Shown here one piece after another: positions 8,006-16,615 of a stretch of DNA of 18,907 nucleotides. The notes under the pieces were generated by a model, which had not been told where the DNA came from, did not search any database, and saw nothing but the letters and a program-made list of their open reading frames with translations. Source of the stretch: Promethearchaeia archaeon (GTDB lineage Archaea; Asgardarchaeota; Lokiarchaeia; Sigyniarchaeales; SOKP01); NCBI GenBank assembly GCA_029856125.1, contig JAHQWJ010000125.1, positions 1 through 18,907 on the forward strand. The letters are read 5' to 3'. Position numbers and translations under genes: made by a program. Position 1 is the stretch's first letter. Each line of letters opens with the position of its first letter.

Positions 8006-9502
8006 ATGACGGAAAATCCAACTGAACAGGAGTCAGAATCTACTCAATACGATTATTCTTTTGATTATATTCAAAAGAAACTTGAGGGGAAAAAAGACTC
8101 CTATGGAATGTTAATGAAAGAAATTGTGCGGGCAGGTATCTGTACTGAGTGTGGAACATGTGCTGCTGTTTGTCCAGTACTCGAATGGGACCATTTAACG
8201 GGACAACCTAAATTAATAGGAAAATGCACTGGCTGTGGAATATGTTACAATCAATGCCCAAGGACAATAACCGATCCTATTCAACTAATGGGCGAATTCA
8301 AAACGGGATATGTATCAAATACTAATATCCCAGAAGTAATTGGAGCCCAAGATGGAGGAACTGTGACTTCCTTGTTATGTTATTTATTCGATGAACATTT
8401 AATTGATGCCGCTGTCGTTTCAATGAAAGATCCTAATAATCCCTGGCACCCCGTCGCTCAAATCATAACAAATAAAGACGATGCTATTAAAGCTGCTGGT
8501 TCGATTTATTGTCACTCTCAAACCGTTGAAGCATTAATGGACGCAATACGAGAAGGTTATCGTTCAATCGCTTTTGTTGGTACGCCGTGCAATATCGATG
8601 CTGTTGATAAGATGACAAGTTCCCCTGCGGGTATGTTAAAATATTTTATGCGAGCTCACGTTCTTAAAATAGGTCTGTTCTGTATGGACTCTTTTTCTCC
8701 GGAAGCTATTTACCCATTTTTTGAACAAGATGGGATAGATCTGACAAAGGTAGTAAAGATGGACATAAACAAGGGTAAATTCCACATATATTACGACCAC
8801 GATGGAGAACCCATAAAGTCATATACCATTAAACAATTAGATAAATTTAAATCTTCGAGTTGTAATTTCTGTACAGATTTAACTGCTGAAAATGCAGATA
8901 TTTCCGTTGGTTCTGTTGGTAGTGGTCCAAAGAAGAATACAGCTTTTGCGAGAACAGGTATCGGGGCTGAAATTATTGAAGATGCAGCAAGTAAGGGATA
9001 TATTAAAATTGAATCTTACAATGCTATCAACTTAAACGCTGTTTTATTTTTAGCAAAACTTAAGAAAGTTTCGCAATACAACATTCAAAAGCGTAAAGTT
9101 TTCATCGTCAAAGACTCTAAAACACAATCGGAGCCAAAAGTTGAAACAAAACCTGAAGCAGAACAAGCGGTAAAACCATTAGGTTCCAGGAAATTCTTAA
9201 GCGTTAAAAAAAGTATTAACGAGGAAGATGTTGTTCTAAATATTTCGTTGACCAATTCTGTAGGTTATCTCTTGGAAGACTTAAAGATTAGAATTGTTAT
9301 AGTCGAAGAGCTTTTTGAAAAAAAACCTTGGATAACTACAATCAGAGAATTATTTCCTTATGAAACAATAGAAATTGGTTATCCATTAGAAACCGTTAAT
9401 AACGACATAGTCTACTCTAATGTGCTAGTAGAAGCCTCCACGGAAAAATTTGGAAAGGTTTTCTCAAAAACATATAAATTAGCCCCACAAGAAGAAAAAT
9501 GA
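8006..9502 (+). CDS. Second FrhB/FdhB-family protein with ferredoxin domain and extra C-terminal beta-rich domain
   Basis: CTECGTCAAVCP, CTGCGICYNQCP, AQDGGTVT, FVGTPC, IGLFCMD and CNFCTDLTAENADISVGSVGS, then a charged linker and a ~100-aa extension. Confidence 0.9.
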   Translation: MTENPTEQESESTQYDYSFDYIQKKLEGKKDSYGMLMKEIVRAGICTECGTCAAVCPVLEWDHLTGQPKLIGKCTGCGICYNQCPRTITDPIQLMGEFKTGYVSNTNIPEVIGAQDGGTVTSLLCYLFDEHLIDAAVVSMKDPNNPWHPVAQIITNKDDAIKAAGSIYCHSQTVEALMDAIREGYRSIAFVGTPCNIDAVDKMTSSPAGMLKYFMRAHVLKIGLFCMDSFSPEAIYPFFEQDGIDLTKVVKMDINKGKFHIYYDHDGEPIKSYTIKQLDKFKSSSCNFCTDLTAENADISVGSVGSGPKKNTAFARTGIGAEIIEDAASKGYIKIESYNAINLNAVLFLAKLKKVSQYNIQKRKVFIVKDSKTQSEPKVETKPEAEQAVKPLGSRKFLSVKKSINEEDVVLNISLTNSVGYLLEDLKIRIVIVEELFEKKPWITTIRELFPYETIEIGYPLETVNNDIVYSNVLVEASTEKFGKVFSKTYKLAPQEEK

Positions 9503-9566
9503 TTTTTGATTTGATAAAGAAATAAATTTAATGGAAAATTATAAAATTCATAAAAAAATAAGGTGA

Positions 9567-10481
9567 ATAATCTTAAAAATTAGTTTAGTAGGCCTTGGAG
9601 GTTGTGGTAAGACAAGTCTTTACTCCGTAGCATTTGCTGAGACGAAACCGGAGGATACCAAGAAATTAAGTCCAACAATTTTATATGAAACGAGAAGACA
9701 TCCCTTTCTTGGGCTTCAAGTTGGAATTTTCGATTTCGGCGGCCAGGAACAGTACCGAAAAGAGTATATGGACAGGCCAGATATCTTCAAGGGAACTGAT
9801 GTATTAATTTGTGTTGTCGATCTGCACGATCCGGATTCTTTTGATCAAGCGAAGGAATATTTTGAGGGCTTGTTGGATATCCATCGGAAAAATAACGAGA
9901 AACCGAAAGTCCTATTGTTTTTGCATAAATATGATACTGAAGATTACCAAAAAGAGTTATTAGATACAAACGTAAAGAACGCGAAGGATATCTTTGTAGA
10001 CACCTTTAAAGATTACGACTTCGATTTGAAACTTACGAGTATTTATCAGCAAGATGAATTAGCTAAAATATTCCGCGATATTTTGATTTCCTCGTATAAA
10101 GACCTTAAAAAATCTGTAGAAAAAGCTGAAAGTCAACTTGAGGAAATAAAAGCAAAAATAATAATTTCTGATGTTTCTGGTAACGTATTAGTTCACAACG
10201 TTCAAGGCGTTAGTAGTGGTTTGACGCTAAGGGGGGATTTACGGGATTTTATTGACGCATGCAATACTGTAAGAGAGAATATTTTTATGTCTGATTCGTG
10301 CCGTTTCACGGGTAAAAGTGAGGACGGAAAAGGGATCGAGCTCCATATCTTTAAATATATTATCTCCGTATTTGTTATGAAGTCAGGAGAATTAGAAAGA
10401 GAATCTCAGGACAAGTTAAATGTATTGCTTAACGACATGAAATTATTCGCAGATTTAATAATTTCAGCTCACAACGACTAA
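9567..10481 (+). CDS. Rag/Gtr1-like small GTPase with C-terminal roadblock-like domain (start codon uncertain)
   Basis: The frame of track ORF 9768-10481 is open upstream to TGA 9564-9566. It encodes G1 GLGGCGKTS, G2 SPT, G3 DFGGQ and G4 HKYD; His in G4 is Rag-typical. The C-terminal AKIIISDVSGNVLV looks roadblock-like. Confidence 0.85.
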   Translation: MILKISLVGLGGCGKTSLYSVAFAETKPEDTKKLSPTILYETRRHPFLGLQVGIFDFGGQEQYRKEYMDRPDIFKGTDVLICVVDLHDPDSFDQAKEYFEGLLDIHRKNNEKPKVLLFLHKYDTEDYQKELLDTNVKNAKDIFVDTFKDYDFDLKLTSIYQQDELAKIFRDILISSYKDLKKSVEKAESQLEEIKAKIIISDVSGNVLVHNVQGVSSGLTLRGDLRDFIDACNTVRENIFMSDSCRFTGKSEDGKGIELHIFKYIISVFVMKSGELERESQDKLNVLLNDMKLFADLIISAHND

Positions 10482-10482
10482 A

Positions 10483-10518
10483 CTTACTATTATTTTATTT
10501 TTACTTTTATCTCTTTTT
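10483..10518 (+). repeat. 36-bp T-rich direct repeat, copy 1 (probable terminator)
   Basis: CTTACTATTATTTTATTTTTACTTTTATCTCTTTTT, identical to 11586-11621; it starts just after the GTPase stop. Confidence 0.85.
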
Positions 10519-10605
10519 CTAAATTAATTTGTGTGGAAAAATTATATATTAGAATAATTAAAATGGTTAATTGTACTCATTTTAAAACTACTTTCGAGTT
10601 CTAAC

Positions 10606-11364
10606 TTATTCTTTTGAACCGGGCTGCCATATAAACCATTCTATTGTGCAATATTCCTTAAAACCCATCTGTTTATAAATATTTAAAGCCATATCAGATG
10701 AATTAAGAACTGCAATCTCATATCCTAACTTCTTAGCCTCGTATAGTGGAGCAAGAGTTACCGCAGTACCAATCCCTTTACCACGTGCTTCTTCTAATGT
10801 TGTTACATTATAAATACCTGCAACACCTGCTTCATAACATACTACTGAAGTGGCAACAGGATTTCCATTATAATATGCTAAGAATGCACTTGCAGAGGGA
10901 GTATCATTCAAAAGCATAAATGAGAAAGCTTTGTTAAAAAAATCAGAAAGAAGTTCTTTTGGCATTTCAAAACCAGTTAAAACAACGTCATTCCATATTT
11001 TTAAAGTTTCAGCATTTTCAACCTTTACTATATCTACTTTGTTTAAAATTTCCCTTTCTCCACCCAAAGTTTTTAGGTTATGAGCCATCCCTGGCTGTTT
11101 TTCAACGATGAATCCATTTTTGATTAATAGCTCCCCCATATTTTTAGGACTGCTTGATGGGCCAATTATCCAAAGAAAAGGAACTTGTCTTTTTTCAAAA
11201 AAAGTGATATTCTCTTTAATCTTTTTAACAACAACTTCTGAGGGAACATGACTATTCCAAACCGCATTAAGTAAAAAAAATGGGATCCCCGTCGAGTATC
11301 TGGAGAAAAAATCAGTCTTTTCATATATTGTATCTTCTAGATCGATAGTAGACATAATTCTCAT
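10606..11364 (-). CDS. GNAT-family N-acetyltransferase (true start may be ~11433)
   Basis: AGIYNVTTLEEARGKGIGTAV acetyl-CoA motif A and NIYKQMGF; the frame stays open ~30 codons upstream of the ATG. Confidence 0.9.
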   Translation of the reverse strand: MRIMSTIDLEDTIYEKTDFFSRYSTGIPFFLLNAVWNSHVPSEVVVKKIKENITFFEKRQVPFLWIIGPSSSPKNMGELLIKNGFIVEKQPGMAHNLKTLGGEREILNKVDIVKVENAETLKIWNDVVLTGFEMPKELLSDFFNKAFSFMLLNDTPSASAFLAYYNGNPVATSVVCYEAGVAGIYNVTTLEEARGKGIGTAVTLAPLYEAKKLGYEIAVLNSSDMALNIYKQMGFKEYCTIEWFIWQPGSKE

Positions 11365-11585
11365 TAATTCATAAGAATTGAACTCAATTGCATGCTCAAT
11401 TTCAGATTGATTAGGATTTTTAAGAATGCTTATTATTATCTCACGTCTAGAATATTAATATCAATATGTTATCTTTCTTAATCATAACTAGGTATTTAAA
11501 TTTACATCATTTCGAACAAGAAATTGTCCTATAACCAAAAAATAGAGATGAATTAGACTAGCATAAATTGTTGAAGTAATTCACT

Positions 11586-11621
11586 CTTACTATTATTTTA
11601 TTTTTACTTTTATCTCTTTTT
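11586..11621 (+). repeat. 36-bp T-rich direct repeat, copy 2
   Basis: Exact copy of 10483-10518. Confidence 0.85.
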
Positions 11622-11732
11622 ATTCATAATATTCGATTAGTAATTAATAGACAGAAATGTTTAAAAAAGAAGGGAAGTTAATGTTTACAAGAAATTTAAT
11701 TTGAATTTACTACTATAAAGGTGAAATTTGAG

Positions 11733-12107
11733 ATGCTTAAAGATATGAGTAGAGCTGCCTTATCCGTGTTTATCTTTGGTATATACATGATTTTATTGGG
11801 ATTAACATTTTTACTTTTTCCTGAACTCATGATTAGCCTAACTTCACCAAATCCTCCTGACATCGCTTCACGTATTTTAGGAATGATCTTCTTATTTATG
11901 GCTTATTTATTTATTCGCGTAGCTTTAGACGAAGAAGGAATGAAAAAGTTTTTTATGTGGACAGTACACATACGAGTTACAGTAATAATCTTCCAAATAA
12001 TATTTGTCCTACTAGCGTTAGGGAACCCTTTTATAATTATATTTGGTGTTATTGATTTTGCTTTCGCAGCTTGGACATTTTGGGAACTGCGAAAGGAGAA
12101 AAACTAA
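11733..12107 (+). CDS. Small 4-TM membrane protein of unknown function
   Basis: Four hydrophobic segments. The track's GTG (11721) lies within the SD AAGGTGA, so ATG 11733 is the likelier start. Confidence 0.75.
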   Translation: MLKDMSRAALSVFIFGIYMILLGLTFLLFPELMISLTSPNPPDIASRILGMIFLFMAYLFIRVALDEEGMKKFFMWTVHIRVTVIIFQIIFVLLALGNPFIIIFGVIDFAFAAWTFWELRKEKN

Positions 12108-12220
12108 TTTTTAAAGAGAATCTAAAATCTAGTAAAAGTTAATTTTTTTTTTCTTTACTTAAAAAATTTTAAGATATATTCCCAAATTTAATTCAAATGA
12201 CATCTCTAGGTGAAGAATTC

Positions 12221-12240
12221 TACTTTTATCTCTTTTTATT
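12221..12240 (+). repeat. Partial third copy of the T-rich repeat
   Basis: TACTTTTATCTCTTTTTATT is identical to 11605-11624. Confidence 0.65.
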
Positions 12241-12311
12241 ATTCTATTTTTTAGCTATTATTTCGAAAAATTTTTTGAATTTGCATTATTTTATTTCTTA
12301 ACTGGTTTGAA

Positions 12312-13448
12312 ATGTCAGAAAAAGTAGAAGATCGAATAAAAGAATTAGAGGACCGATTGGCTTCCACCAAGGTAAACAAGGCTACGCAAAAAAGTATAAA
12401 CTTCATTAAAGCACAGCTAGCGAAACTCCGAGAAGATCTGATTCGCATTGCCAGTTCTAAGAAAGGTGGCGGTGGTGGGTTCGGTATTAAAAGAACAGGA
12501 GATGCTCAAGTGGCGTTTATTGGATTTCCCTCAGTTGGGAAATCTTCTTTATTAAATTTGCTAACTGAAGGTAACACAAATTCTAAAGTTGCAGCATATG
12601 ATTTTACTACTGTTACAGCCATACCTGGTATGATGGATATTGAAGAAGCGAAAGTTCAGCTTATAGATTTACCTGGAATAATTTTGGGTGCTGCAGCTGG
12701 TAAAGGGAGAGGAAAAGAAGTATTAGCAGTAGTACGCTCTGCAGAGTTAGTGTTAATTATAATATGTTTTCGTTCTGATGGGACGATTAACTTTTCTGAT
12801 TTAAAATCTATTAGAATGGAATTAAATAACGCAGGAATACGGTTAAATACAAGCCCACCTAGGATTGTTATTAAAGAGCGTACGCGTGGAGGCATTCATT
12901 TTACTTATAAAGGCCACCAAATCATGGATGCAGACGAAGTAAAAGCTCTAATGAATGAGTTAAAAGTCCGGAACGCTGGGGTTTATTTCTCTGAACCAGA
13001 TACTACACCAGATCAATTAATAGATTTCATATTTGGAAATCGTATCTACACAAGAGAATTTGTTGTCATAAATAAATCTGATTTAATGAAAACTCCAATT
13101 TCCCCTAGAGAGATTACAGAAGCAATTGGTCACGAACATTGGGTTATGATCTCAGCTAAAAATAAAGAAAATATTAACACCCTTAAGCATAATATCTTCA
13201 CGGAGTTGAATTTGATCCGCGTATTTTTAAAGCCACCAAGAGAGGAGGCTGATATGGATGAGCCAATAATTCTCCACCATGGCGATACACTGGAAAAACT
13301 TTGTCGTAAAATTCACAAACGATTCATAAGCGATTATCGCTACTCGTTAGTTTGGGGCAAATCTGCTAAACACCCCGGTCAAAAATTTGAGAACTTAGAA
13401 CATGTAATTGAGGATGGCGACATAATTTCAATTTATCTGAAGCGATAA
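12312..13448 (+). CDS. drg: DRG/Rbg1-family OBG-class ribosome-interacting GTPase with TGS domain
   Basis: NKATQ...KAQLAKLR N-terminus, GFPSVGKS, YDFTT, DLPG, NKSD and TGS domain ...VWGKSAKHPGQK...DGD. Confidence 0.95.
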   Translation: MSEKVEDRIKELEDRLASTKVNKATQKSINFIKAQLAKLREDLIRIASSKKGGGGGFGIKRTGDAQVAFIGFPSVGKSSLLNLLTEGNTNSKVAAYDFTTVTAIPGMMDIEEAKVQLIDLPGIILGAAAGKGRGKEVLAVVRSAELVLIIICFRSDGTINFSDLKSIRMELNNAGIRLNTSPPRIVIKERTRGGIHFTYKGHQIMDADEVKALMNELKVRNAGVYFSEPDTTPDQLIDFIFGNRIYTREFVVINKSDLMKTPISPREITEAIGHEHWVMISAKNKENINTLKHNIFTELNLIRVFLKPPREEADMDEPIILHHGDTLEKLCRKIHKRFISDYRYSLVWGKSAKHPGQKFENLEHVIEDGDIISIYLKR

Positions 13449-13482
13449 TAGGAATTTTCATGGTTTGTATAATTAATAAAAC

Positions 13483-14115
13483 CTAAGCGTAAAAAATCCT
13501 ATATAATTCATTGTAAATCTCCGCAAGTTTGGAGATTCTATTCGGATCGTTTTCTTGTAATGAATGAAGGAGATAAGAGTTTAATCCTTGAGAATTTTTA
13601 ATCCACTCTAAAAAACCTTCCACTTCCGCCTTAAGATATGGATCAACTGAGGGTTGCGCTAATCTACTGCTTATATCAGTCAAACCATTGTCATCGGAAG
13701 CATCTACTTCTGTTTCAATAAATTGTGCTTTTGATCCTTTTTTCATCATTGCTGCTGCCCTCGCTATAGCAGGGTACGCCATATGCATCCAACCTTTCGC
13801 TTTTGGTTTGATATGAGCTATAAGATACGTATCAGTTCCAGGTATGGATGAACCAACTAAGTGTCCTTTTTTCTGTCTGTTAGTCGCTACAAATCTTTCT
13901 GGTGCCATTTGAAGAACTGAATATCTAATATTATTCATATTCACAAACTGAGCGTTACCGCCACCCCAAATAGCTAAAAATCCTTTTATATCTTTCGATA
14001 CCTTCCAATTACCAGTTGAGTGAAGAACTTTGGCATTATTATTAACCACAACTACTTTTGTTGCGTCTGAATAATGTTTTTGTAAGTTTTTTACAATAGA
14101 TTTATAGTTTACCAT
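13483..14115 (-). CDS. Asgard profilin-like protein with ~80-aa C-terminal extension
   Basis: STGNWKVSKD, NIRYSVLQMAPERFVATNRQKKGHLV and YLIAHIKP follow the recalled Loki profilin pattern (TENW.., GIKY....EERxIxTNxxGKGH, xxYxxP). ATG 14115 is preferred over GTG 14121 on SD spacing. Confidence 0.7.
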   Translation of the reverse strand: MVNYKSIVKNLQKHYSDATKVVVVNNNAKVLHSTGNWKVSKDIKGFLAIWGGGNAQFVNMNNIRYSVLQMAPERFVATNRQKKGHLVGSSIPGTDTYLIAHIKPKAKGWMHMAYPAIARAAAMMKKGSKAQFIETEVDASDDNGLTDISSRLAQPSVDPYLKAEVEGFLEWIKNSQGLNSYLLHSLQENDPNRISKLAEIYNELYRIFYA

Positions 14116-14129
14116 AATCACACACCAAT

Positions 14130-15509
14130 TTAAGAGGATTGTACATTAATCATTAAATTAATCCATTTTTTGATTTGTTCTCCTAATTCGAATTTCTCTT
14201 TAGAGCTTAATCCTATATTCGGTTCTACTTTTTGATAGAGGTTAACATATCTACTCATTTCCCATAAAACATTTGAGTGTAAAATCATACTCCTAATATA
14301 ATCTCTGGCAATTTCAAGTGCTCTTCCTATGGACCTAATATCATAATCTTGATTTACTATATCTTTAATAACAAGAAGAATTTCTAGAGAATTGCTCGTT
14401 GGAATGAGTGGGAGTGTTTTTATATCTACTAAAGGTCGTTTCATGTTTCTAATCTTGAATTCCTCATGTTCAAGCCCAAATTCCTCAACTTTAATATCTC
14501 CTTTATCAATTTCTTCTGCTTGATAAATTTTACTTTTTACTTGAATAACTGATCTCTCCAACTCATCCTTTGTTCTTCTCCTAAAACTCTCAGGCCAATC
14601 GACAAAAGAATTCATTCTTGGCTCAGCAGAGAGAAATATTGATTCCTTTGGCAATTTTTCGTCTGATCTTTCAACTTTCTGAACATTAGAAGAACCTACT
14701 TCTGATCTAAACCTTAAAGCAGCATTTACTAATATTGAGAACAAATACATAGGATCGTAATCTATCGTAGAATAAACCCTTTTAAGTTTTAATATTAATT
14801 CTTCAATGTATTGTAAATTCTGATATGAAAAGTATTGCTCTAGATGCTTTTTAGAGTCAAGTGTAATTCCGTTTAATCCTGCTGTTGGGTTTAAGAATTT
14901 AGATTTCATGTCATAGTCCATTTTGGTAGAAAGCAAGATTTGGTTATAAGAATCCCGATGTGTGCTCAAGAGGATTGGTCCTGTTTTGTCAACTTGAAAA
15001 GATTGTGGATTTTTCAATGCTTCCATAAATTCTAAGATTAGATCTTTATAAGGAATGAATAGATTTCTCATAAGAGTTCCTTGAATAAACGTACGCTTGT
15101 TTTCAGATTTAAAGGATAAATCTATGGGTAACTTAAAGAGATTCTCGCTTACGATTACATCACGATCGTTTTCTAAAGTTAGATTTTTTGAGGTCGAAAG
15201 ATGATCGTAAACGAAATCTGAAAGCACTAAACTCGTTAATTGTCGATTGTCAGTAATATATCTTCCGCTTTGAAGTTCAAATTGAGTGTAATAAGATCCT
15301 AGACCAAATAGATAGTAGAGCGTCCCTTTTTCTGTTTGAACAGAACAATCAGCACCACTGAAAAAAATGACAAGGTCATGAGATATTTTCGACACTTTGT
15401 GGTTAGAATATTGACCTAGCGTTGGATACCCGAGCAAATGTCCCCAACTAGGGATAACAAAAAAAGTATAATTTTCCAATATATTAGGTTCTGTTTTAGC
15501 GGTGGTCAT
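14130..15509 (-). CDS. Hypothetical protein, 459 aa
   Basis: Long ORF with no recognised motif; it ends 14 nt before the profilin-like gene. Confidence 0.8.
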   Translation of the reverse strand: MTTAKTEPNILENYTFFVIPSWGHLLGYPTLGQYSNHKVSKISHDLVIFFSGADCSVQTEKGTLYYLFGLGSYYTQFELQSGRYITDNRQLTSLVLSDFVYDHLSTSKNLTLENDRDVIVSENLFKLPIDLSFKSENKRTFIQGTLMRNLFIPYKDLILEFMEALKNPQSFQVDKTGPILLSTHRDSYNQILLSTKMDYDMKSKFLNPTAGLNGITLDSKKHLEQYFSYQNLQYIEELILKLKRVYSTIDYDPMYLFSILVNAALRFRSEVGSSNVQKVERSDEKLPKESIFLSAEPRMNSFVDWPESFRRRTKDELERSVIQVKSKIYQAEEIDKGDIKVEEFGLEHEEFKIRNMKRPLVDIKTLPLIPTSNSLEILLVIKDIVNQDYDIRSIGRALEIARDYIRSMILHSNVLWEMSRYVNLYQKVEPNIGLSSKEKFELGEQIKKWINLMINVQSS

Positions 15510-15643
15510 ACAGAATACAATTACGAGTTTTTAATTATGATCCTATTAAAATAATATAAAAATCAATAGGGAATTGATTTCGTCGTAATAATTTGGATAT
15601 ATTACTTATTATATAATCTCAATAGATATATTTAAATTTCTAT

Positions 15644-15686
15644 TGGACTCTCATAAATATTTTCAATTAATGGACTCCCATTAATT
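15644..15686. promoter_or_regulatory. Direct repeat TGGACTCyCAT x2; second copy inside a 9-bp inverted repeat
   Basis: TGGACTCTCAT 15644-15654 and TGGACTCCCAT 15671-15681; AATTAATGG-ACTC-CCATTAATT 15665-15686. Confidence 0.4.
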
Positions 15687-15746
15687 AATCAATCCTCTTT
15701 GAAATGATTATTATAAGTATCTAAATCTTAAAATTCGAAAGTAAAA

Positions 15747-16493
15747 ATGTCAAATATAGATATTAAAAAAGGTTTTCAAGAATTTGGAAGAAGTATTCAA
15801 ATAGTCGCAGTCTGTACTATTTTAAGCATAGCAACTGGATTTACCGGATTTATAGCGCTGATCTTTATTTTTATAGCCTTAGGTAATATTAAAAAGATAA
15901 ACCTTCAGTTAAACAACGCTTCTTTAGAAGAATTTCGTTCTAGATATATTAGAGGATTCATTTCGGGGTTAGTGGGATTTATTATATTAGCTACCGGAGG
16001 CGTGAGTATTGCATTCTATTTCATTTTCATGCCATTCTCTATTTCTGGCTGGACCACTCTTTCGCTATCAATTGTTCTCTTGTCTGCTGGTTTAATCTTT
16101 ATTATTGTCGGTATAGCTTCAGAAATTAAAGCTTGGAAAAATTTGAAGGTTTTCTTTGAAAACAATAGCAAGTTATTCCCAAGTGACTTATCTAGCGAAT
16201 TGATTGATGGATGTGATAAATTAAAGAAAGGTACATTATTGAGCGCGTTCGGATTCTTAGTAATTCCTGGAATCATAGGTTTTATATTCCAAGTTATTGG
16301 GTTCTTTAAATTAGCAAAACTAAACACATTAAGTGTTTTTGACGCCCCAAAAGAACCAGATTCAATAGAACAGGCTTATGTTCCTAAAACAGTGAGTGAA
16401 GTAGAAATTACAACCAATTTTTGTCCAAATTGTGGAGCCAAATTATCTGGTATAGGAAAATTCTGTGCTTTATGTGGTTCAGAAGTCAATTAA
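15747..16493 (+). CDS. Membrane protein with C-terminal zinc ribbon (DUF973/DUF996-like), paralogue 1
   Basis: About 5-6 TM segments; FCPNCGAKLSGIGKFCALCG. Confidence 0.8.
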   Translation: MSNIDIKKGFQEFGRSIQIVAVCTILSIATGFTGFIALIFIFIALGNIKKINLQLNNASLEEFRSRYIRGFISGLVGFIILATGGVSIAFYFIFMPFSISGWTTLSLSIVLLSAGLIFIIVGIASEIKAWKNLKVFFENNSKLFPSDLSSELIDGCDKLKKGTLLSAFGFLVIPGIIGFIFQVIGFFKLAKLNTLSVFDAPKEPDSIEQAYVPKTVSEVEITTNFCPNCGAKLSGIGKFCALCGSEVN

Positions 16494-16615
16494 TTTATTT
16501 TTTTTTTATTTAAATTAGAAATTATGTGTTTACAATAAATTAAATACCAAATTATTAAAACTGTTGAAATTAAATATAAAATTAAACCTAGTTAGATTTG
16601 TTAGAGGTTTCATAA

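Noticed and set aside
9564-9566. Selenocysteine in the Rag-like GTPase N-terminus
   Set aside because: The TGA is part of an SD motif (AGGTGA), is not at a conserved Cys position, and no SECIS is seen at 10482-10605.
10483-12240. CRISPR array or IS element
   Set aside because: The repeats are T-rich and separated by 0.6-1.1 kb containing genes; there are no cas or transposase genes and no terminal inverted repeats.
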